Shown piece by piece: positions 52,511 through 61,790 of a stretch of DNA of 64,000 nt (its first letter is position 1; the number at the start of each line of letters is the position of its first letter). The DNA is taken from the NCBI RefSeq assembly GCF_046119375.1, contig NW_027362765.1, forward strand, positions 129,580,001 to 129,644,000, given 5' to 3'. Made by a program: the position numbers and the translations under genes. This DNA is from Phyllobates terribilis. Its lineage: Eukaryota. The notes below the pieces were generated by a model, which saw nothing but the letters and a program-made list of their open reading frames with translations, was not told the DNA's origin and did not search any database.

Positions 52511-53869
52511 TTAAAGGGAACCTGACAGCTGATTTGTGTTGCAATAACTATGGGCAGCATGAATCAGAGTCCGGCTCCATGATTTCAGCCAAGTAGGTTT
52601 TATTCTGAAACACTGCAAACATACATTTAAAAGCCGGCCGAGAATTATGCTATATGACTAGTCCAAGAGGTCAGTCCTCCGCTTCTTCTCTTGGACTAGT
52701 CACCTGAATGGCTCGGCCGGCTTTTTAAGGTGTGTCTTTCTCTGAAACGCAGCAGCACTTCCTAGTATTCCTGACTGAACTGTGCCAGTGTCTGATACAT
52801 GCTGTCAGCGGTTCGGGTTCATTTCACTTCAAATGCTCCAACTAGGAGTAGATGTAGATTTGCTGCAAAATTGCTCCATTTCTGGCTGTAAAGGGAACCT
52901 GTTATCAGGATTTTATATCCCAAACTAATAACATGTGGGTAAACCCCCACTATCAGTATTTGGTCAGTATTGGGTTAGTATTTTTTCTCAGGAGTGGGAG
53001 CCAAAACCAGGTGAGGAACAATCAGAGAAAAGGTATAATAGAAACAAGTCACCAATTCTGGATTTATCACCCACTCCTGGTTTTGGCTCCCACTCCTGAG
53101 AAAAAATACTGACCAAATACTGATAGTGGGGCCATGGCCTCATGCTGAATAAATCCTCACCTTTCTTGTAGAATCCTTTTTGCCGTTTTAGGCTACGTTC
53201 TCACAATGAGTTTTTGGTGCATTTTTGACGCTGCATATTTTCCCTGAGAATAAAAAAAAGCAGCGTCGTACAGTTCCAGCACAGTGGATGGATTTCTAGA
53301 AACCTCCTGCCCACTGGGCTTCCTTTTTACTCAGCTAAAACTGACCCGCGGTGCTTGTCTCATATCCACTGCATGACAATTACTCTTGCGGGTACTCTTG
53401 AGTTTTCTGTGGAGATTTTCCATTAGACTTACATTAGATGCGGAAAATCCACAGGAAAAAAACTCAAGTAAACCACACATGACTGTATCAATAAAGTTTT
53501 ATCAAAGCCAAATACCAGGAAGTATCAAAAACAAAGCAGCTTTATTTAAAACATGACACACCAACAAGACACAGCTTTAAATCTGATGCAAATGAGTTGC
53601 AAGCACAGCGGGGTGGGACAATGCCCCTGCCTCTCTCCTTATTGCCCACCCACCTCCTACCAGTGACCTCCCCAAGGTCTCTCACCAGCTCCGCCATTGA
53701 CTTGGGGTGGGGCATGTGCAGATTAATTGTCCGGCTTTCATCTTTCTGATATGAGGAAAATCCACAATACACCAAATTATTAGGAGGTGTGAAATTCTTA
53801 AGAAATTTACAGCAATTCGCTCTGTTATATTTGTGTATGAAACTGTAAGAAACACATACTTGTCGCTTG

Positions 53870-55806
53870 TGTAGCGCCCCGAGGGCTCGGTTGCTACAGG
53901 GGTATTGCACCTCAAACCAGAGGTGTGATATTCCACTCCCGGGTAAGGATGGAGTGTGGACCAGGGCTCAGTTAGCTGCACACACACACACACACCCCAT
54001 ATCCGGGGGACAGCTCGACGGTGCTCCCAGCTGCGGGCACAACTGACCATGTCCCTGGTTGGAGTGGGGAGGGGGGAGGGAACCCAGTGGTGTAGGAGCA
54101 GAAAGGGGACGGTTCCTGGAGCACAGGAATGAGCTCATTGGGTGCAGGTCACCTGAGCTCAGACACAGAGAAGTAGATAAAAGGTGGGAGCCATCTCAAG
54201 TCGAGGAGTGGAGTGGAGAGAAGTAGTTCAGTCAGAGCTGACAGGGAGCCGCGGCTCAGCCTGAGCTCAGCTCCACGAGGCAGGCCTAGAGAGAAGGCCA
54301 GGGCCAGAGAGGAGAAGAGAAGAAGGAGAAGGAAGGAAGGAGAAGAGACAGAGGAGTGGAAGGGCTCCAGAAACAAGAAGGCAGAAGGGACTCTAAGAGT
54401 GCAGAACGGTCAGCAACCGTTGCATACCCCATTATACCGGGTAAAAGGGTCAGGCTGTGAAAAGGTACCGGATCCCTAAGTTGGTGGAGGCGAATCTACC
54501 CTCAGCCAAGAACCGGAGGTTGTGACCATTTATTGGTGCGACCCCCCCCTGTAATGCAGCAACGTGCTTGCATTACGGTAATGGTCTAGGATGTGTTTTA
54601 CTTGACCATATACCTTTCCCTCAGCTGACTGGTCACATGACTGTGACATCATACAGGTCCTGTATGCACAGTAAAGGTCTGTACACATGACTGGGACAGC
54701 ACACAGGACCTATACACACAGCTGACTGATCACATGACTGTGACATCAGAAAGGTCCTGTCAGTATGTGGGTGTGTGTGCACAGGATATATAAACCCTGG
54801 TAATTTGAGACAGGTGTGTTCGGTGTGAGGCCTGTGCTCCGTGTGTGTGGGACACCGTTTGTGAGAGGCCGAGAGTGAAGCCTGGCAGCCTGAAAGGCTG
54901 AGCCTGGATCCTGTGCGTGGATGTCAGTGGCCTTTGAGGGAGAGCCGGCTTGGTGTTGAACCCTGAAAGGCGCAGGCTGGATGTCAAGTGTGGAAGACAT
55001 ACCAGTAGTCTACGAGGGGTCGACGGCTAGAGACCCCCACCTGGGAAAGCCGCAAAGCCACAGTGGTGGCGGAATAAACGGACTGTAGCAGCCAAAACCC
55101 GCTAAAGGTAAAAACGCTGCGTTATAAGGACATTTATGTTGTTGCCTAGCCGAGGGCTATAACGGGAGCCAAGTGGACATATCTGTCGCTGGAAAGGCTC
55201 CCGAATTGTGATGTGTGTAATATGCCGGTCTGCCACTTGAGAAGCTCCCGGAGGTGATAGGTGTAAACATGCCGGGCGTATACTAAGATGGACTGTGTGA
55301 TTAGCGGTTTATGACGAAATAATAAACTGCATTGTGAATTATCGGAAGGACATTGCTTATGTGCCTTAATTGACCCGGGGGTTGACCGAGCTCCTCACCT
55401 GGTGGACGCAGCACGGCTCGGGCAGTCCTTGCTGACAGAAGTGACTTGGATAACAACTGTGAGTAAAAGACCCTGGACTGCATCATTGGCCTCTGTGTGA
55501 TTTCTGCTGCGCCTGCACCATCACCCCCAGCATCCACTTGTACTGCCCTGAGGCTACACTCTTCCCGTGGGGAGTTATCCTACCCCAGTGCTGCACACCA
55601 ACACCAGCCTCAGCGGTCTGCCTCGCAGCGGCGGTTATCCCTGACCGCAATCCACGGGTGGCGTAGTCGGACATTCAAAACACTGATAAATAGACTGACA
55701 CAATTTGGTCTGACCACCCTGAGCCACGGGATCGGGTTGCCACTACTACCCCCAGCATCGTACAGAAGCCCGGTTCCGGGTATCCCACGGCCCAGGGGGC
55801 GAATCA
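53870..55806 (+). repeat. 5' LTR (~1.94 kb) of the CSD element
   Basis: Starts TGTAGCGCCCC and ends CCCAGGGGGCGAATCA, 5 nt before the PBS. TATATAAA near 54786; AATAAA at 55321; AGTAAA at 55462. Confidence 0.8.
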
Positions 55807-55818
55807 GCTTTTGGTGTA

Positions 55819-57376
55819 CAGTCATGGCCAAAAGTTTTGAGAATGACACCAAAATAATATTTTCACATGATCTGCTGGCCTCTGGTTTTTATTAGTGTTT
55901 GTCTGATGTTTATATCACATACAGAAATACAATTGCAATCATATTATGAGTACCAATAGGTTATATTGACAGTTAGAATGAGTTAATGCAGCAAGTCAAT
56001 ATTTGCAGTGTTGCCCCTTCTTCTTCAAGACCTCTGTAATTCTCCCTGGCATGCTCTCAATCAACTTTTGGACCAAATTCTGACTGATAGCAGTCCATTC
56101 TTGCATAATCAATGCTTGCATTTTGCCAGAATTAGTTGGTTTTTGTTTGTCCACCCGTCTCTTGATCATTGACCACAAGTTCTCAATGGGATTAAGATCT
56201 GGGGAGTTTCCAGGCCATGGACCCAAAATCTCTATGTTTTGTTCCATGAGCCATTTAGTTATCACCTTTGCTTTATGGCTAGGTGCTCCATCATGCTGGA
56301 AAAGGCATTGTTGGGCGCCAGGCTGCTCTTGGACAGTTGGGAGAAGTTGCTCTTGGAGGACATTCTGGTACCATTCTTTATTCATGGCTGTGTTTTTAGG
56401 AAAGACTGTGAGTGAGCCGATTCCCTTGGCTGAGAAGCAACCCCACACATGAATGGTTTCAGGATGCTTTACAGTTGGCAAGACTGGTGGTGGCGCTCAC
56501 CTCTTCTTCTCCGAATAAGCTGTTTTCCAGATGTCCCAAACAATCGAAAAGGGGATTCATCAGAGAAAATGACTTTGCCCCAGTCCTCAGCAGTCCACTC
56601 CCTGTACCTTTTGCAGAATATCAGTCGGTCCCTGATGTTTTTTCTGGAGAGAGTGGCTTCTTTGCTGCCCTTCTTGAAACCAGCCCTTGCTCAAAGAGTC
56701 TCCGCCTCACAGTGCGTGCAGAAGCTCTCACACCAGCCTGCTGCCATTCCTGAGCAAGCTCGGCACTGCTGGTAGTCCGATCCCGCAGCTGAAACAGTTT
56801 TAAGATACGGTCCTGGCGCTTGCTGGTCTTTCTTGGGCGCCCTGGAGCCTTTTTGACAACAATGGAAGCTCTCTCCTTGAAGTTCTTGATGATGCGATAG
56901 ATTGTTGACTGAGGTGCAATCTTTGTAGCTGCGATACTCTTCCCTGTTACACCATTTTTGTGCAGTGCAATGATGGCTGCACGTGTTTCTTTAGAGATAA
57001 CCATGGTTAACTGAAGAGAAACAATGATACCAAGAACCAGCCTCCTTTTAAAGTGTCCAGTGATGTCATTCTTACTTAATCATGACTGATCGCCAGCCCT
57101 GTCCTCATCAACACCCACACCTGTGTTAATGCATCAATCACTAAAACGATGTTAGCTGCTCCTTTTAAGGCAGGACTGCAATGGTGTTGAAATGTGTTTT
57201 GGGGGTTAAAGTTCATTTTCTGGGCAAATATTGACTTTGCAAGTACAGTAATTGCTGTTAAGCTGATCACTCTTTGACATTCAGGAGTATATGCAAATTG
57301 CCATTACAAAAAATGAAGCAGTAAACTTTGGAAAAATTACTATTTGTCTCATTCTCAATACTTTTGGCCATGACTG
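55819..57376 (-). mobile_element. Tc1/mariner DNA transposon, DD35E spacing (Traveler-like), inserted in the PBS
   Basis: TIRs CAGTCATGGCCAAAAGT(T/A)TTGAGAATGA, with TA duplicated (55817-18, 57377-78). Confidence 0.93.
55996..57004 (-). pseudogene. Tc1-family transposase pseudogene (DD35E)
   Basis: MVISKETRAAII.. with two frameshifts (~56650, ~56480). Motifs FSDESPF, QHDGAPSH, SPDLNPIE with 35 residues between D and E. Confidence 0.88.
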
Positions 57377-57734
57377 TAGTCGGCAGGATCGTGACCAACC
57401 CGCCACAAACGGGTATTTCGTGCCTGAAAAGAGACTGTTTCACTGTATTGAATGTGGCGCCCGCCTCAGCAGAACGGACGCCATCATGTGCGCGCCAAAA
57501 GACCACAGGAAGCCACCGCCCATCGTGGGCCAGGTCCCAGAAAGGCGCCAAAGACGGAGCCCACCCCCAACAGCCATGAGTGTGGCTGTAGAGATGTCCA
57601 TCAATGTGGGGGGGCTGCCCCTGAGAGTGATTGTCAGCAGGTTGCCCCGGGACCACCCCCAACAGGGACAGAAAGAGAAGAAAACCAGGGGGCAGGGTGT
57701 GGTTTGGATCAGTCTCACCAGATCACACCCGGAG

Positions 57735-59012
57735 ATGGAGAGGAGCACCAACTCCAACACCCTGGCAAGCGGCCTGCTGCAGGCCGAGGCGTCCCCGTAC
57801 AGCCTCACGGAGCTGATGGCTCAGCTCCCCGCAGAAGACCCTGAATTCCTGCGGACAGCACTGGAGGAGCTGGATCGGAGGATGGTCCGGGCGCAGAGGG
57901 AAGTCATCGCCGGATGGAGGGAGGAGATGGCTCGGCGGGTCGCGACCCGGCAGCAAGAGACGCTGCCAGCACCCGGCAGTGTGCCTGCTCCCGAGGACAG
58001 AGAGAGGAGACCGGAGGGCGAGTATTACGCTGCCGCGGAGGCAGGTAAGGCGGACACCCCTGCCCCGGGTCCTGACGCAGTAAGCTTACCCCTGGATCCT
58101 GCCGCTGAGCCAGAAGTCCCGGGAGCCTCTGCAGCTTCCACGCTCCCGCCGCATACACCTGGGCCTCAAGCCGCGAACTCCGCCGCTGAACCACGCCCCA
58201 CGTCGTGCCCCCTGACGCCGGGTGCGGTCGGAAGCGGCCCGCTCCAGGCCCGGTCGCAAGCCCTGACCTCCCCAGGCGCCTCCCAACCCCGTGTGCCCCT
58301 GGTCCCGAAGCTACCACCCCTTGGGACTGACCTGTACAGCCAGCTCGCCGGACCCGATGGAGAGCCGGTCCCTGTACCAGAGGGATGGGTTCACCCCAGT
58401 CAGCGGAAAAACCTGGCCGCAGAGGCCCCGCTTGCTCCGCTCTTGCCCCTACCACAGCCAGTCGTCGTCTCTCAACTCCCGGAGGAAGAGGTCCAGATAG
58501 GATGGGACCAGAGTGGGGAGGATGTGATGGGGTTTGCGCAGGAGACGCGGGTGGCCGCAGCCCGCAGGCAGGAGGTCTGTGAGCAGCTTGAAAAGGAGGA
58601 GCGGGCGCGGTGCCGGAAGAGGGAGCAGCTGCAGGCCCGGAGCGCGGAGGAGAAGACACGAACCCGCCAAAACCCTCAGGCTGCACGTGGTCTTAAAACT
58701 GCTGGGACCGTGGTAAGATTCCATCAAGAAAAAGGGTGGGGGTTTATCCGGGACTCTGCCACAGCCACAGACCTCCATGTTGACAGGAGGGATGTGGAGG
58801 GTCACCTGCCAGCGGGTCTCCCGAAGCGGAAGTTGTTCCCGGGAGATCGGGTAATATACACCCGACATCGAGGCCTGAAAGGGTGATATGCCCTCAATGT
58901 CCAGAGGGTGGAGGAAGAGTACTACCGTGAGCACTACTACCCAGATGACCCGGACGGGTCTGGAGAGTATGGCGAGGAGGAAGAGCGTGCACAAGGAGGA
59001 CACAGTTATTAA
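57735..59012 (+). CDS. Retroelement ORF: helical N-terminus, Pro/Ala-rich linker, basic coiled segment, cold-shock domain (58704-58910), acidic Tyr-rich tail; one in-frame TGA at 58884-86
   Basis: GTVVRFHQEKGWGFIRDSATATDLHVDRRDV..LFPGDRVIYTRHRGLKG*YALNVQRV follows the CSD pattern (CspA GIVKWFNADKGFGFI..DVFVH..L.EGQKVSF..G.KGP.A.NV). The start codon is uncertain; the frame is open from 57291. Confidence 0.75.
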
Positions 59013-59776
59013 AATGTGAGTGCACTGTAGATAGTTGCCCATTAGGGTACAGAAGAGAAAGTTCACCCCGGATGGGGACTGTTGCCTGTATGTCGTTTGA
59101 ATAACCGGCTGAGGACTGGGAGCAGCCAACTTAGTGAACTATCCGGCCGAGGACTGGGAGCGGTCAACTTTGTAAATATTTGCACTTCTTAAAGTGCCCC
59201 CTACTGGTTTTATAAGAGACTACAGCAACAACTGACCTCAGAACAAAAACCCGTTAGAGGTGGCTGAAGACGAGGTCCAGCAGCTGGATCAGCTACGCCC
59301 TGCAGCCACCCCAGGGCCTTCGTTGAGGGTTTACGAACGGGTACCTCATGTTTGTGTTTACAAGTTTGCATTTTATAAAAAGATGGACACCTGGTCGCAA
59401 AGCGCACTGTGACCAGTTAACAAAAGTTTTACATGAAGAATGTTTATAAGAAAAATGTTTTATATGTGACAAATGTGATTATAAAAGTGAAAAGAGTTTT
59501 ATAATGTTTTATATATGTGAAGAAAGTCTTATAATAATTGCTGAAAGAGAAAATGTGCCAGTAACGTTAAAAGAGAAGAATTGCCTCCCATAAAGGGATG
59601 AGTAATAATGGTTTACCCCCCCGCTAAACCTGCTAGGAAGGCACCATATAGGATAGCGGGAAGCGGAGGCCAACGCTTACCCGACACGGTCCGCGGTAGC
59701 CGGACAGAAGTCAGGACACTGGTCGGGCACGAGAGGCCAGAGAAAGGACAGAAGGGGGTCCTGTGCCATACTCCTG

Positions 59777-60207
59777 AATTGCCTGGGGGTTGACCGAGCT
59801 CCTCACCTGGTGGACGCTGCACGGCTCGGGCAGTCCTTGCTGACAGAAGTGACTTGGATAACAACTGTGAGTAAAAGACCCTGGACTGCATCATTGGCCT
59901 CTGTGTGATTTCTACTGCGCTTGCACCATCACCTCCAGCATCCACTTGTACTGCCCTGAGGCTACACTCTTCCCGTGGGGAGTTATCCTACCCCTGTGCT
60001 GCACACCAACACCAGCCTCAGTGGTCTGCCTTGCAGCGGCGGTTATCCCTGACCGCAATCCACGGGTGGCGTAGTCGGACATTCAAAACACTAATAAATA
60101 GACTGCCACAATTTGGTCTGACCACCCTGAGCCACGGGATCGGGTTGCCACTACTACCCCCAGCATCGTACAGAAGCCCGATACCCCATGGCCCAGGGGG
60201 CGAGTCA
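59777..60207 (+). repeat. 3' LTR remnant of the CSD element (last ~430 bp only)
   Basis: About 97% similar by eye to 55368-55806; ends CCCAGGGGGCGAGTCA followed by the TSD. Confidence 0.85.
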
Positions 60208-60278
60208 CTTGTCTGAGAGTTCCCAGGGCTCCTGAACAGAAACAAGCAAGGGCTACATAAAAGTGGGTGTTCTCAGGT

Positions 60279-60625
60279 GGGCCGGGGACGTTCCCAGGAT
60301 GGGCAGGGCTTGGCCGGGGACGTCCCCAGAAGCGGTAGTCTTGGGCCGGGGACGTTGCCAGCATGGGCAGGGCTTGGACTGGGACGTCCCCAGGAAGGGC
60401 AGTCTTGGGCCGGGGGTGTTCCCACGATGGGCAGGGTTTGGCCGGGGACGTCCCCAGGAGGGGTTGGGCTGGGCACTGCCCTTCCAGGGGACGTACCGAG
60501 GAGGGGCAGGGTTTGGCCAGGGATAGTCCCAGGAGGGGCAGAGTTGGGTCCAGGACTTTTCCAGGAGGGGCAGGGTTGGGCTGGGATGTCCCCAGGAGGG
60601 GCAGTCTTGGGCCGGGATGTCCCTA
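60279..60625 (+). repeat. Degenerate G-rich tandem repeat, ~32-33-bp units
   Basis: Recurrent GGGCCGGGGACGT(T/C)CCCAGGA(T/G)GGGCAG(G/T)(G/C)(C/T)TT, about ten copies. Confidence 0.8.
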
Positions 60626-61790
60626 GAAGGAGTAAAGTTGGGCTGGCGATGTCCTCAGAAATGTTTACAACTATAACCTCCTGTCTCAGTAAATCTGCAT
60701 CCATGTTTTTTATGGAGTTGAATACAAAAATGTTTCTGACAAAACGGATTTTGGAGTCCACTTGCTCAGAAGTTTTCCACCACCAATTTCACAGCAGATC
60801 CTCATACATTATAGGCAGATTTCAGTGTGAACTTCCCAATACATCTTGCTGAGGGTGAACTCCACTGTGAAAATCCATGACACAATTGACAATCTTCCCA
60901 TTAGAAAGTCCACATCGTGCTCTCAATCCTGTGTGGATTTTTTCCGCTGCAATGTACGAGGGTTTCTTTTTCCTTTGTGAATCCACTGCAAAATACACCA
61001 AATTTACAATACGTGGGCATCAGTACACATAAATGATCATTATATCAGTTTTCCAGGTAACTGCAGTATATGTTTCACTAAGGGACTCTGTTAGCAAAGA
61101 ATGACTGTTCAAACCAAGCACAGGCGCTCGGTGCATCATGGCGGGGACAAACATTTAAGTGCACCATCCTACCTGCTTGTTTTCCCTCTATTGCCATGCC
61201 ATCCCTCATTTTTTGACAGCTCTGGCTTCATAGAGCCAGTGAAGGATGAAGATCTATGGAAACAAAGCAGGTGGCAACATGCAATTAAATGATTGGCCCC
61301 GCCATGATGCACCAAGCGCTTGTACTTGGTTTGAACAGTTATTCTGGGCTGACAGAGGCCCTTTAACAACTTGCTGTTCAGAAAATGTTTTAAAATGTCC
61401 GGTCGGTCAGTCTGTATTTGACATTGCAAGGATGTTTCAGGACATCCTTACTGAGTCAGCAGCTGAATGGACTCCTCATAGAGAAGGCAGAGATTGTTTA
61501 TTACCATCTCTGCCTTCCTGATCGCTATATACACAGATATCAATGAGAGTCGTATAAAGCATTCAGTGAGTGGTAATAGCGCCTCTTCCTGTCCCTGTCA
61601 TAAAAATCACATTATTGTCTGGTGCCAGGACCTGCCAGCCCTTAAAGATCCACATTAGCACTACATTACAAGCCAAATGCTGAATTCAGCCTGTAGATGA
61701 AGCTAATATGTCAGCCCTATTTACAAGGTAAAACAGCAATATAATAACAAATGTTAGGGGTTGTCCAGGTTTGGCATGAAAGTCTGCAGT

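Larger units (their letters stand above)
53870..60207 (+). mobile_element. LTR retroelement lacking recognisable gag/pol and encoding a cold-shock-domain protein; PBS interrupted by a Tc1
   Basis: 4-bp TSD CTTG (53866-69, 60208-11); TG..CA ends. The segment 55368-55806 is repeated at 59777-60207. Split tRNA-Ser PBS. Single long ORF with a CSD. Confidence 0.85.

Noticed and set aside
51080-53860. TAF4 or another divergent gene upstream of LSM14B
   Set aside because: No TAF4-like N-terminus was found. The CpG patch at 51100-51270 gives only short ORFs and YY1-like ATGGCGGC motifs.
57291-57734. 531-aa ORF start at 57291 as the true N-terminus of the CSD protein
   Set aside because: The ATG lies inside the Tc1 end and the frame runs through the PBS and leader, so it cannot be the element's native start. 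The real start is downstream (57735 or a nearby ATG).
50854-58910. Functional link between the CSD cargo and LSM14B (both relate to oocyte mRNPs)
   Set aside because: Adjacency of one disabled TE copy is not evidence. The insertion is ~3 kb upstream and transcribed away from the gene.
57904-59129. Antisense ORFs of 260 and 226 aa opposite the CSD ORF
   Set aside because: They are expected shadows of a GC-rich coding strand and have no recognisable motifs.
60273-60761. 162-aa minus-strand ORF as a MADF/Myb-like Harbinger protein
   Set aside because: Only MDADLLRQEV is vaguely similar, the conserved Trp pattern is absent, and most of the ORF is tandem-repeat translation.
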